A DNA stretch of 64,000 nucleotides from an archaeon (GCA_037442745.1 JBBIPP010000004.1:30090-94089); one strand, 5' to 3'; positions 9,981 through 19,228 are shown, counted from the stretch's first letter. Numbers and translations are program-made. The notes: a model not told the origin generated them from the sequence alone.

Positions 9981-10888
9981 AGAGAGGATGTCATTGCCTC
10001 CGGAATTGACTCAACGAGCCACTGGGGAAGAACCCGTTTCCTTTTCTGAAGGCACACGTCTCCGGCAGCGCCGTTAACCCAGGCAGCGGCAGAGCAAGAT
10101 TCGAATGCTTTCTCCCCGTCAGACTGCGCCCAGAAAGTTGCCACAATTCCTGCAAGAGTGTCTCCAGTTCCCCCGACGGTCATCTCAGGGTTATGCCTCC
10201 GGTTCTCCTCGAGCTTCTTTCCGTCAGTTATTATGTCAACTCCGCCCTTTAGGAGTATTGTAACCTTTGCCTTGTCAGCGGATTTCTTCACAAATTCTTT
10301 CCTTTTTTCAAATTCCTTTGCGGGGGGGATTTTCCCGAAAATTGAGAGAAATTCCTTTTCATGGGGCGTTATTATTGATTTTTTCGGCACATATTTCGCC
10401 TTGAAAGCGTCCGCGTCAAGGACAATGTTAGCTTTCATTTTCTCAAGTTTTTTCAGGAGCTCTTCGACTGCCAAAATCGTCTCTTTTCTGTCTCCAAGAC
10501 CGTTTCCGACAACAACAACGTCCGCTTTTTCAGCCTCTTTCAAAATATAGTCAATATGGGTGGAATTGAAATAGTCCCCGGAAAGCTTGAGAGTTATCAG
10601 GTGGGGCGCATATGCGTTTATTGCCCAGGCAACATTTTCAGGCGCTGCAATTTTCACAATATCCGCTCCTGCCGCATATGCTGACAGGGCAACCAATGCC
10701 GGAGAACCGACATATTCTGGCGATCCTCCGACAACAAGAATCCGTCCATAGTCGCCCTTATGGTTTGAAAAGTTTCTCGGCTTTATTACTTGCTGTATGT
10801 ACTGCCTTGTCATCTGCGTTTTTCTCCTTTCGGTCAAGTTGCCGGGCGCATTAGAAAACGACCCGTTTTTCATCCCTTTTTCGGACAA
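9977..10888 (-). CDS. nnrD: ADP/ATP-dependent NAD(P)HX dehydratase (start may be 10873 or 10813)
   Basis: HKGDYGRILVVGGS..YVGSP, GNGLG, VLDADA, ITPHEKEF, LLKG, GGTGDTLAG. Confidence 0.92.
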   Translation of the reverse strand: MSEKGMKNGSFSNAPGNLTERRKTQMTRQYIQQVIKPRNFSNHKGDYGRILVVGGSPEYVGSPALVALSAYAAGADIVKIAAPENVAWAINAYAPHLITLKLSGDYFNSTHIDYILKEAEKADVVVVGNGLGDRKETILAVEELLKKLEKMKANIVLDADAFKAKYVPKKSIITPHEKEFLSIFGKIPPAKEFEKRKEFVKKSADKAKVTILLKGGVDIITDGKKLEENRRHNPEMTVGGTGDTLAGIVATFWAQSDGEKAFESCSAAAWVNGAAGDVCLQKRKRVLPQWLVESIPEAMTSSL

Positions 10889-10999
10889 ATTCTTTTTAAA
10901 AATAGTGGTTTTATTGTCAATTTTAGCTGGAAAAGCCCAATATTTTCATATTATTGCCGATAAAAAGAACAAAAAATAAAAAAGAACTGAATAATCAAT

Positions 11000-11212
11000 T
11001 TATTTGTCTTCTTTTGATGCGCTCATTGCGAAAACAATTAGCCCGACAATTCCTGCGGCAACAAGCCCGTATGTAATGAATTGGCCTGAGAAGTTTATTC
11101 CTTCTAGGCCGAAAATAGTTTTCCATCCGGGCGTTGTAACAACCAGAAGCAATACTATTCCAAGAGCCCCTATCAGTACCAGTTTCTTGTCAAAAATCGG
11201 TGCGTCTCCCAT
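11000..11212 (-). CDS. Small 2-TM membrane protein (membrane-protein array)
   Basis: Two hydrophobic segments; resembles the C-terminal half of 11729..12268 (W.TIFG vs WQILFG; GIVGLIV vs GLVGLVA). Confidence 0.75.
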   Translation of the reverse strand: MGDAPIFDKKLVLIGALGIVLLLVVTTPGWKTIFGLEGINFSGQFITYGLVAAGIVGLIVFAMSASKEDK

Positions 11213-11218
11213 ATTGTT

Positions 11219-11238
11219 TCTCTCTCTCTCTCTCTCTC
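11219..11238. repeat. (TC)10 microsatellite immediately upstream of the 11212 start codon
   Basis: Direct reading; it is (GA)10 on the coding strand. Confidence 0.9.
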
Positions 11239-11333
11239 CTTCATTTTGTTTTATCTACATTTCTTGACCGGCTTCGCCGGATCTCACTTCGTTCTAGTTC
11301 GGAACCTCGGATTTTCTCTCCTAGGCTCTTAAT

Positions 11334-11654
11334 TTACTCTTTGTTCGCGTTGTTGTTAACGAAGGCATTAACAACAAGGACAATCAGGACAATTATCAGA
11401 ATAACTCCGGCTTTCCCTAGTAGCCAAGACAAAAATTCACCGACAATTGGCATGCTTGCGAGGAATAGGGTTGCGACAAGGGCGGATACTGCCGAAATTG
11501 CGGCAGCAAGCCAGACTTCATCAATTACTCCGGAGCTCTTGAGGACAACGAACATCACCAAGAAAATCAGGACGAACGGCAATATTACCGAATAAACTCC
11601 CTGCTGTACTGCCTGATCAATCACTCCTTCAATTGCATTCGCAAATAGGTACAT
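11334..11654 (-). CDS. Small multi-TM membrane protein (array family)
   Basis: YSVILPFVLIFLVMFVVLK motif; about 3 TM segments. Confidence 0.8.
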   Translation of the reverse strand: MYLFANAIEGVIDQAVQQGVYSVILPFVLIFLVMFVVLKSSGVIDEVWLAAAISAVSALVATLFLASMPIVGEFLSWLLGKAGVILIIVLIVLVVNAFVNNNANKE

Positions 11655-11728
11655 GTTCTTTTTTTCCCTCACTTTGTTTTATCCATATTCTTTGGTTCGG
11701 AACCTCGGGTTTACGCCCATCGGCTCCT

Positions 11729-12268
11729 TTAGCTTCCATTTGGCTTGTCGTCGCCTTTGCTCATAATTATTGCGACTAGGCCAACTAGCCCTGCGACAAC
11801 TCCGACTGTCACAAGGGCGTTGTTGTCAATGTTAAAGTCCGCTCCGAATAGTATCTGCCATGTGTTCGGGCTCGAATTGAGCGCGAATACAACAAGTAGG
11901 ACCGCTCCCCCGAAAATGACTAGCCCGTATTTCCACTCTTCCCCTTTTCTTATGAAATCGGTCGCGTTTTTCATGACATTGTAGACGAACATTGTTATCA
12001 TCAGGGTGAACATCAGGACAATTATTGTCAGAAAGCCCTTTCCGGAGAATATTGAGAGGAAACGGCCAACCTGATAGACTCTTGCGAAATAAAGCACGAA
12101 TAGGCCGAGAATCATTGAAACAATTGCGTCAATCCCAGGCTTCCCTCCGAGAATCTTCGCCTGCTGGAGTATTGCATAGATTACAAAGAACGCCAATAGG
12201 AAAGGCAGGACATAGTCGAAGAACCCCTGCGCAACCAGATTAGCTATTGTTTCGTCAACGAATGCCAT
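11729..12268 (-). CDS. Multi-TM membrane protein (array family)
   Basis: FDYVLPFLLAFFVIYAILQQAKILG..IDAIVS motif; about 5 TM segments. Confidence 0.85.
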   Translation of the reverse strand: MAFVDETIANLVAQGFFDYVLPFLLAFFVIYAILQQAKILGGKPGIDAIVSMILGLFVLYFARVYQVGRFLSIFSGKGFLTIIVLMFTLMITMFVYNVMKNATDFIRKGEEWKYGLVIFGGAVLLVVFALNSSPNTWQILFGADFNIDNNALVTVGVVAGLVGLVAIIMSKGDDKPNGS

Positions 12269-12293
12269 TTTTGTATTTCATTTCCCCCATTTT

Positions 12294-12620
12294 CTATATA
12301 TTATGCTTTTCCCCGTCAATATACCGCTCAATAAGGCCTCCCAAATGTATGTGCTTGGCATAGACCCGGATTGCCCATAACTCCCTCGCAATTGAGAGTA
12401 GCAAGAGGACAAAGAGCCAAGGAAAGACAAATGTCCGGAATATTGATAGAAGCTCGGTGACTCTCGAAGCTTCCCCGGAAAAGAAGGAAACAACAACCAA
12501 AATGGACAGGAGAACAGTTGCAATTGTAGATGCGATCGCCAGCCTGTCCGAACCCTCCTTGAACTGCGCGAAATTTGTGTGGGTGCCTTGTGAGCCGGTT
12601 TTTGGTTGTTTTTTTGCCAT
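12294..12620 (-). CDS. Small 2-TM membrane protein
   Basis: Basic N-terminus, two TM segments, ..IARELWAIR.. similar to ..FWRELRELR.. in 17478..17834. Confidence 0.75.
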   Translation of the reverse strand: MAKKQPKTGSQGTHTNFAQFKEGSDRLAIASTIATVLLSILVVVSFFSGEASRVTELLSIFRTFVFPWLFVLLLLSIARELWAIRVYAKHIHLGGLIERYIDGEKHNI

Positions 12621-12621
12621 T

Positions 12622-13146
12622 TTATTTTTCAAACATTTTTATGTCTTTGAATTGGGACTTGCTCGGAGCATCTGAGCCCAAGAACGAGCCGATATTGTCA
12701 AGATAAGTAAGTCCAGAGTCAATTTCCATTCCTGCTTTGTTGATGTCTTGGGCGAACCGGAATCCCCATAGGAAATGCCCAATTGTCCACCAGAAAGCCA
12801 TAAGAATGAATATCAGAGTCAGCATTGGTATCCAGACACCAGAACCGGTTGCCGAGCTTCCGAGAAAAGTCTGGAGCATCTGGACTACCTGCCAATATAC
12901 CCCGAACCGAGCCCCGAAAAGGGAGAATATTATTGCAATCCACATTGCAGTTGTTTTCCTGAAAAAGCCCATCAGATAAATAAAGTCGTAGAGAATGAAG
13001 AACATAAGGACGCCCGGCAGGATGTATGCGAAAATAACAGTTGACATCGGACTCCCTGTTGTTCCCAAAAGAATGTTTATTATTGAGAGGACGAACCCTC
13101 CAATGTCGTTAATTACGCTAACAATTGTCCCTGCATCAAATGCCAT
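12622..13146 (-). CDS. Tandem membrane protein, copy A
   Basis: 174 aa; core near-identical to copies B and C, unique termini; SD-like GGAGG. Confidence 0.88.
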   Translation of the reverse strand: MAFDAGTIVSVINDIGGFVLSIINILLGTTGSPMSTVIFAYILPGVLMFFILYDFIYLMGFFRKTTAMWIAIIFSLFGARFGVYWQVVQMLQTFLGSSATGSGVWIPMLTLIFILMAFWWTIGHFLWGFRFAQDINKAGMEIDSGLTYLDNIGSFLGSDAPSKSQFKDIKMFEK

Positions 13147-14123
13147 TGTCTTTTCCTCCTATTATTTCTCACCCAATTTTTCAAGCCGTGTCCCAATTGT
13201 CTTGAGTAAATGAAGTGCAGCCCCCTGTTTGTGCTGTTCGGTTGCGACTGCTTGAGCGAACCGGAATCCCCATAGGAAATGCCCAATTGTCCACCAGAAA
13301 GCAATCAAAATGAATATCAGAGTCAGCATTGGTATCCAGACACCAGAACCGGTTGCCGAGCTTCCGAGAAAAGTCTGGAGCATCTGGACTACCTGCCAAT
13401 ATACCCCGAACCGAGCCCCGAAAAGGGAGAATATTATTGCAATCCACATTGCAGTTGTTTTCCTGAAAAAGCCCATCAGATAAATAAAGTCGTAGAGAAT
13501 GAAGAACATAAGGACGCCCGGCAGGATGTATGCGAAAATAACAGTTGACATCGGACTCCCTGTTGTTCCCAAAAGGACGTTGATTATTGTTAGCAAAAAC
13601 CCGCCAATATCGTTCAGAAAGCCATTTATTGTCCCAGCATCCAATGCCATATCTTCTTTCTCCTTTTATTTAGATCCCAATTGTTCTAGACGGCTTCCAA
13701 TCCTGTCAAGAACACCGATTGCACTCTCTATTTTGTCGCTTTCCTTGTAAACAGCACTGGCAAACCGGAATCCCCATAGGAAATGCCCAATTGTCCACCA
13801 GAAAGCCATAAGAATGAATATCAGAGTCAGCATTGGTATCCAGACACCAGAACCGGTTGCCGAGCTTCCGAGAAAAGTCTGGAGCATCTGGACTACCTGC
13901 CAATATACCCCGAACCGAGCCCCGAAAAGGGAGAATATTATTGCAATCCACATTGCAGTTGTTTTCCTGAAAAAGCCCATCAGATAAATAAAGTCGTAGA
14001 GAATGAAGAACATAAGGACGCCCGGCAGGATGTATGCGAAAATAACAGTTGACATCGGACTCCCTGTTGTTCCCAAAAGGACGTTGATTATTGTTAGCAA
14101 AAACCCGCCAATATCGTTCAGAA
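12755..14123. repeat. Three direct repeats with an exact 504-bp period (cores 12755-13071, 13259-13619, 13763-14123)
   Basis: About 317 bp shared by all three; B differs from A/C at 3 nt; B and C share a further ~44 bp. Confidence 0.95.
13162..13650 (-). CDS. Tandem membrane protein, copy B
   Basis: 162 aa; SD-like AAGGAG upstream. Confidence 0.88.
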   Translation of the reverse strand: MALDAGTINGFLNDIGGFLLTIINVLLGTTGSPMSTVIFAYILPGVLMFFILYDFIYLMGFFRKTTAMWIAIIFSLFGARFGVYWQVVQMLQTFLGSSATGSGVWIPMLTLIFILIAFWWTIGHFLWGFRFAQAVATEQHKQGAALHLLKTIGTRLEKLGEK

Positions 14124-14154
14124 TGCTTACGAATGTCCCCGAATTTATTGCCAT
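13666..14154 (-). CDS. Tandem membrane protein, copy C
   Basis: 162 aa; SD-like AAGGAG upstream. Confidence 0.88.
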   Translation of the reverse strand: MAINSGTFVSILNDIGGFLLTIINVLLGTTGSPMSTVIFAYILPGVLMFFILYDFIYLMGFFRKTTAMWIAIIFSLFGARFGVYWQVVQMLQTFLGSSATGSGVWIPMLTLIFILMAFWWTIGHFLWGFRFASAVYKESDKIESAIGVLDRIGSRLEQLGSK

Positions 14155-14291
14155 TTTCTCTTTTCTCCTTTTTTGATTATTTATTCGGCCAGTTCCCTTT
14201 ATTTTCTCTTTCTAGCATTTATAGTTTGCCGATTTAAGGGCAGTGTCCAAATAACAGCAACCCCAAAATCCTTAATGGTATTACCACTCGA

Positions 14292-14308
14292 TAATTTATA
14301 TAGTTTCC
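14292..14308 (-). promoter_or_regulatory. Putative BRE/TATA promoter for the tandem membrane-gene operon
   Basis: Minus strand GGAAACTATATAAAT about 140 nt upstream of ATG 14154. Confidence 0.5.
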
Positions 14309-14312
14309 CATC

Positions 14313-14873
14313 TTATTTGAACTTGCTGAAAGCTGGAGCCCAGCCAGAACTTCTCTCAGCCTTTTGGGAATTGACAATTGACTGCTTGTTTGAGCCCTCC
14401 CTGTTCCCGAGCCGTGCAGCAGTCTGACCAATCAGGGTCAATATCTGCCCGCCCCCCGAGAGCTCAGCCAAGCCCTTGGAAGCTGCCCTGGCAGTGACAA
14501 ACCCTATGAAGAAATTGCTCATGAACCAATAGACAATCACGAAAGTGAAGACTGTTATGAACATTGCAATGAATAGTCCTGTTTCCCCGAAAATCGGCTC
14601 TAAAAAGAGGGAGTTAACGAATGTGTTATAGTCGTCATAAAATCCGAAATGGGCGAACATTAGGGCGAAGACCGCAGCCATTACTGTTGCGGTTATTTTC
14701 CTGAAAAACCCCATCAGATAGAAGAGGTCTTCCAGCGTGAAAAAGACGAGGAGCGCAGGAATTGCATAGAGGAAAATTATCTCATACCAAGGCTGTCCCT
14801 TGCCCCCGAAAATCATGTTGAAAATTGTCCAGAAGAATTCCGGGACATTGAAATAAAGTTCCTCTCCTGCCAT
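14313..14873 (-). CDS. Membrane protein, diverged paralog of copies A-C
   Basis: YAIPALLVFFTLEDLFYLMGFFRKITA vs YILPGVLMFFILYDFIYLMGFFRKTTA; ..LTLIGQ..RLG tail. Confidence 0.85.
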   Translation of the reverse strand: MAGEELYFNVPEFFWTIFNMIFGGKGQPWYEIIFLYAIPALLVFFTLEDLFYLMGFFRKITATVMAAVFALMFAHFGFYDDYNTFVNSLFLEPIFGETGLFIAMFITVFTFVIVYWFMSNFFIGFVTARAASKGLAELSGGGQILTLIGQTAARLGNREGSNKQSIVNSQKAERSSGWAPAFSKFK

Positions 14874-16711
14874 TATTTGTTCCCCCCGAATTTCGAGCCC
14901 AAGTTCCTGAAGAATCCGCCAATCGAATTCTTTGCCGCCCCCAGCACTCCTGCTGGAACAACCCCGATGTCCTTGTTAATGTTGGCGTATTTCCACTTTT
15001 CCTGCTGGTTAGGAGTCATGGTTTTTCCTTGCCAAGGATTCACCGACTTAATCCGGGTTGTCCAAGAGTCTTTTGCCTTTTCAACAGAGCCACCTATCTC
15101 GTCAGTAACATCCCCGAACTTGTCTTTTCCTTTCGAGACTTTCTGGGAAATCTTGCCATATGCGCTCGTGCTCTTGATCATTCCGAGGATGAATTTTGGA
15201 AGAACGGTTACTGGGAGAGTGAGATAGAGGAAAAGCACCCTTATTCCGATTGAAGTCACTATAAGGAGAAGGTAGAAGAGCGCGGCAACTATTGCGTTCA
15301 TGAAGAGGTCCAGTGGGTTTGCTGGGACGGCTGTCCCTGAAAGGGGTTTTGCCAAGGAAACAATATAGAGGGTTCCCAAGAACTGGAATGCGAGCCGAAT
15401 AAGGGAATTTAGGACAGGTATTGGTCCTCCGTTGAAGGGCAAAAGTATCCAAATAACTACTGGTCTTGGAAGGAAGACTGCCAGGAGAAAGACAGACTTT
15501 TCCACAGCGAATGCGACAATCTGCCACATCCAGAACGCCCAAAAAGTCGCGGGGATTATTGATGCCCAGATGTTGACGCAGCTCGTCGGCTCCCTTACCG
15601 GAATATATTCGTAATAGGACGCAATTCCGAAAATATTCATGCTTGTTGCAAAAGCCACTACAAGAAGAAAGATCCACACATATCCGAGCTCAATTACTGA
15701 AAATGCCCTGAAAACGTCGTATATTGTGGATTTTATAGCTTCCCTTCCGGCAATGGCGCCCTTCTTCGCTCGGAGGCGCTCTGACGCGTCATTGCTTTTG
15801 CTTGCGCCGTCACCGGCGCCTCCGGCAACTCCTCCCATCAGCCGATCGTCAACTCCGGGAATTCCGGTAGATTTGTCCAAGAACTGGTCGGCAAGATGCG
15901 TTGCTTTCTGGACGAAACTGAGCTCGTCATAGTCGCTGTCCGCAGTTGCCGCGACATCGAGAATTCTCGAGTATTCAGTATCTCCTATTGTGCTTTGGAT
16001 TACTTCCTTTGCAAATGTTGCCTTCCAATTGTCCGGCTCGAGGAATTCTTTTTGCAAGTCCTCCGGAGGAGCGGCAAGGGTCTCGAAAAGTATTATCAGG
16101 AAAAGAATCCATCCGAAAAGAATCCATGCGGCAATGTTTGTCGATAGGGTGAATATCACAAAAAAAAGCGCAGCAACTATCTTTATCCAAGACGCATTTT
16201 TGAAAGCGAAACGCCCTAGAATCATCAGGACAATCCCGATTCCGAGGAAAACATAAGAGAGTTCTTTGCTCACATTTATTAGGGGCCTGTCATAATCCGG
16301 TCCGCACGCATTCTCAAGCTCGTTTTCCGAAATCCCATAGCTCTCGACAACCCTCGGGCCAAAGTTCTCCGGCGGTTTAGCTGGCAGATTGTCCCATTCC
16401 CTTGCGGATTGCGTTATCTGCCCGAAAAGTGGGGCAATTCCTTTGTCCCAGAATGTCTGAAGTATGCCAAAGAAGCTGTTGTCGCCTACCGAAGAAAAGT
16501 CGAGGCAAAGGCCGGTTGTTGTGCAGGATTCGGGGGTTCCTCCCGTAAGGCCGGACTCTCCGGAAGGATCTCCCCCGTCAATCGGGGAAAGAAGAGGGTC
16601 CTCTGAGAATGCCGGGGCAGGCGAAAGAGCAAGAATGAAAACAAGGGTTAGGATGGGGAAAATTTTCCAAATGCTCGAGAATTCCCATCTCATTTTCCGG
16701 GAAGCCCCCAT
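14873..16711 (-). CDS. Large polytopic membrane protein with signal peptide (track start 16771 is TTG; 16711 preferred)
   Basis: Signal-like N-terminus (..LVFILALSPAPAFS), 8-9 hydrophobic segments, large internal loop; TATA-like element at ~16735-16742. Confidence 0.82.
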   Translation of the reverse strand: MGASRKMRWEFSSIWKIFPILTLVFILALSPAPAFSEDPLLSPIDGGDPSGESGLTGGTPESCTTTGLCLDFSSVGDNSFFGILQTFWDKGIAPLFGQITQSAREWDNLPAKPPENFGPRVVESYGISENELENACGPDYDRPLINVSKELSYVFLGIGIVLMILGRFAFKNASWIKIVAALFFVIFTLSTNIAAWILFGWILFLIILFETLAAPPEDLQKEFLEPDNWKATFAKEVIQSTIGDTEYSRILDVAATADSDYDELSFVQKATHLADQFLDKSTGIPGVDDRLMGGVAGGAGDGASKSNDASERLRAKKGAIAGREAIKSTIYDVFRAFSVIELGYVWIFLLVVAFATSMNIFGIASYYEYIPVREPTSCVNIWASIIPATFWAFWMWQIVAFAVEKSVFLLAVFLPRPVVIWILLPFNGGPIPVLNSLIRLAFQFLGTLYIVSLAKPLSGTAVPANPLDLFMNAIVAALFYLLLIVTSIGIRVLFLYLTLPVTVLPKFILGMIKSTSAYGKISQKVSKGKDKFGDVTDEIGGSVEKAKDSWTTRIKSVNPWQGKTMTPNQQEKWKYANINKDIGVVPAGVLGAAKNSIGGFFRNLGSKFGGNK

Positions 16712-16810
16712 ATCTGTCTTTTTTAGCTCTTTCCAATATAAATAATGTCTCCCGAGTGGGAAAATTGGCAAAGTATAAAAGTAAGATTTTCCCGAGAGTC
16801 CCAGTCAAAC

Positions 16811-17461
16811 ATGGCGAAAGGCAGGGGATTATTTTCAAGAATTGCCGGGCGAAAGGGGGAAGGCGACAACGATGTTTTCATGTATGCTTTCATTGTTGTC
16901 TTGCTGGTTGCTGTAGGGACTTATGCAAGCAATTCAGGTGTCGGAGGGGTTTTTTTCAGCGCAATTAACAACGCATTTTCCAAGCTCGGTCTGCTTACTT
17001 CCTCCTCGTGCCCTTTCTATAGCAATGTTAATACTGCCGCATGGGCGTGCATTGTTGTTTTCGGGATAATCCCATTCATTATTGTCTATTACTTTACATT
17101 TGATGCATTGAGCTTCACTTTCATGACAACGCGGACAAAGGGAATGCTTTCCCTCGGAGTTTCAATGATTGCAACAGTTCCAATGAACGGACGCTCACTT
17201 ATTGCGAGCCTCAGCGCTACTCTTGAGCAGTTTACAGTACTGCTCCTTCCTCCAATTGGTCAAGGAGGACTTGGTAACTGGGGCGGATTCCTTGCAATAA
17301 TGCTGATAATGGCGCTTATTTCAGGTTTCTTGGGTCAGCTTGCTCTTACTTCCCAGATGGCGAATGCAGCAGTCCTGTCCCTGCAGGAGACAATATGGGG
17401 ATACAGGGCAATGAACCAGATAGGAAAAGCGGTTACTGCGACTGGAAAGAAAGAAGGTTAG
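16811..17461 (+). CDS. Membrane protein (array family), first gene of the divergent arm
   Basis: FGIIPFIIVYYFTFDAL..F.T.RT motif; C-terminal ..MNQIGK; TATA GTATAAAA at ~16773. Confidence 0.83.
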   Translation: MAKGRGLFSRIAGRKGEGDNDVFMYAFIVVLLVAVGTYASNSGVGGVFFSAINNAFSKLGLLTSSSCPFYSNVNTAAWACIVVFGIIPFIIVYYFTFDALSFTFMTTRTKGMLSLGVSMIATVPMNGRSLIASLSATLEQFTVLLLPPIGQGGLGNWGGFLAIMLIMALISGFLGQLALTSQMANAAVLSLQETIWGYRAMNQIGKAVTATGKKEG

Positions 17462-17477
17462 GGAGCAGTTTCCTGAA

Positions 17478-17834
17478 ATGGCGCCCGCAGTGAAAAAAGG
17501 GGAAAAGAAAAAGCCCTTTGAGACTGCATCAATTTCCCTTTTTCTCGAGCATCTGGACGGCTTTCTTTTATCAGTCCTCAAATACGTCCTCTCGGCAATC
17601 CTCCTTTTCTCCCTTGCAATTGCCCTCTATTCATTCTTCTCCGGAAACGCATGGTCCGACTTTTCAGTTACGCAGGCCGGAGCGAACACAATTTCCGCGG
17701 TTGTCGCCCTTTCGTTGATAATTTTCTGGAGGGAGCTACGGGAACTCCGGCTCTGGCTTGAGGGAATGTCAGAACACCATTCAAGGCATACTTATTCCCG
17801 CTTGGATTATTCCGCAAAAAGGAAGGGGGCATAA
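17478..17834 (+). CDS. Small 2-TM membrane protein
   Basis: Same architecture as 12294..12620; stop overlaps the next start (TAATG). Confidence 0.78.
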   Translation: MAPAVKKGEKKKPFETASISLFLEHLDGFLLSVLKYVLSAILLFSLAIALYSFFSGNAWSDFSVTQAGANTISAVVALSLIIFWRELRELRLWLEGMSEHHSRHTYSRLDYSAKRKGA

Positions 17835-18583
17835 TGCCAGTTTTTTCTCTCGGGAAATTGGAGAAACTGCAGTTCGTTTCACTTGCCTTGCTTCTCCTCC
17901 TTTTGGCTCCTGCACATTCCGCCACTTCGGGCGCCGCGAACACAGATCTTGTTTCAAAAGGAAGGGGCTTTGCGGACGAGCTCTTTGGCCCGATGTTTGC
18001 GCTCCTTGAGCCTTTCGGATTTGGGGCGAACAACCAGTATTCAATGATCCAATTCCTTGCAGCATTCACGCTGATATTCTTCCTTGTGAAGGAAATTACG
18101 CCCGGAACCTCTGACTTTGCCGCATTCATTGCAACAATGCTAGGAGCTGGCGCAATAAACTTCATTTTCCGGCTGGACTGGTACACTTTCTTGATACATT
18201 TCTCCCCTGCTCTCCTGATGTTTTTCTTCCTTCAGGACATCCTCGCTAGGTTCTCCTTCATGTTCCGGAGCACGGCCAAATGGATTGCCCTCTTCGGAAT
18301 GATTCTTGTCTTCTACACAGACTATGCGCTCTTCACTGACAACGGAATTTTTGGATTTTTCTTCAACAAACTGTTCGGGGAAGGGTATTCGTTTTTCCTC
18401 GAGCCTTGGTCAATAATACTTTTCGCGCTTCTTGCGACTCTTGTGCGGATGTTCGGTCTCATTGAGAAGGTCTTCAAGTCTGAGAGCGCTAACCAATACA
18501 GGTACCAGATGCAGGCGGCAGTGAACATTATTCAGCAGGAAGTTGTAAAGGGAGGAATGAAGGACCTTGCAAAGAAAAAGTGA
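17834..18583 (+). CDS. Membrane protein with signal peptide (array family)
   Basis: HFSPALLMFFFLQDILARFSFMFRSTAKWIA matches the family motif. Confidence 0.83.
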   Translation: MPVFSLGKLEKLQFVSLALLLLLLAPAHSATSGAANTDLVSKGRGFADELFGPMFALLEPFGFGANNQYSMIQFLAAFTLIFFLVKEITPGTSDFAAFIATMLGAGAINFIFRLDWYTFLIHFSPALLMFFFLQDILARFSFMFRSTAKWIALFGMILVFYTDYALFTDNGIFGFFFNKLFGEGYSFFLEPWSIILFALLATLVRMFGLIEKVFKSESANQYRYQMQAAVNIIQQEVVKGGMKDLAKKK

Positions 18584-18616
18584 GGTTTTTATTCCGGAAC
18601 AGGAGGGCGTCTTGCA

Positions 18617-19228
18617 ATGGACCTAATAATCCTCATAATAACCTTGGTCTGCCTAACTACAATAATAAAGCCATTCACATTCCCCGGAGACAGCAATTTC
18701 GAGGACGCTTCGTCAACTCTAGCCATTTTCCTCGGAATCCTCGCCTATTTCTACGGAGTCGATTTCTTCCCGGCAACCTCGTTTTTAGCGCCCCTCCACA
18801 TTATAACAATAGGCCTGGTGAACGCATTTTCAATAATAGATCTTTTCATACTGACTATTCTTGGAACCCCCCTGACACTGAACCTCATTTTCGTTGTAAT
18901 AGTCCCCTCAATGGTTGTCTATAAGATTGCAAAGGAGCTCTTCTCATATACGGAGATACTCTCAAAGACAACCGAGAACTTCATTGCATCAATAGTCGCT
19001 TTCATCTCAATGGTTGCGGCAGTCAGGGGCGACTTTAACCTGATTCAGATTGTCTGGAGCGCTCTCACATATTTGGTGAGCTATGTTACCGGTCAGAGCT
19101 CATTATACCTGATGACTGTCTCAATAACGGTTATTTCGGTAATTGTTCTTGCAGTTGCCATTGCATTCGAGACAATGACTGTCAAGTTCGTCCTTCTTCT
19201 TTCTAACGGTTCCGCAGAAGCAGAATAG
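18617..19228 (+). CDS. Polytopic membrane protein (array family)
   Basis: VIVPSMVVYKIAKELFSYTEILSKTTENFIA; SD GGAGG. Confidence 0.8.
   Translation: MDLIILIITLVCLTTIIKPFTFPGDSNFEDASSTLAIFLGILAYFYGVDFFPATSFLAPLHIITIGLVNAFSIIDLFILTILGTPLTLNLIFVVIVPSMVVYKIAKELFSYTEILSKTTENFIASIVAFISMVAAVRGDFNLIQIVWSALTYLVSYVTGQSSLYLMTVSITVISVIVLAVAIAFETMTVKFVLLLSNGSAEAE

Noticed and set aside
12755-14123. Diversity-generating retroelement template/variable repeats
   Set aside because: No reverse transcriptase in the window, the repeats are whole-gene cores, and the few differences are not a clear adenine-specific pattern.
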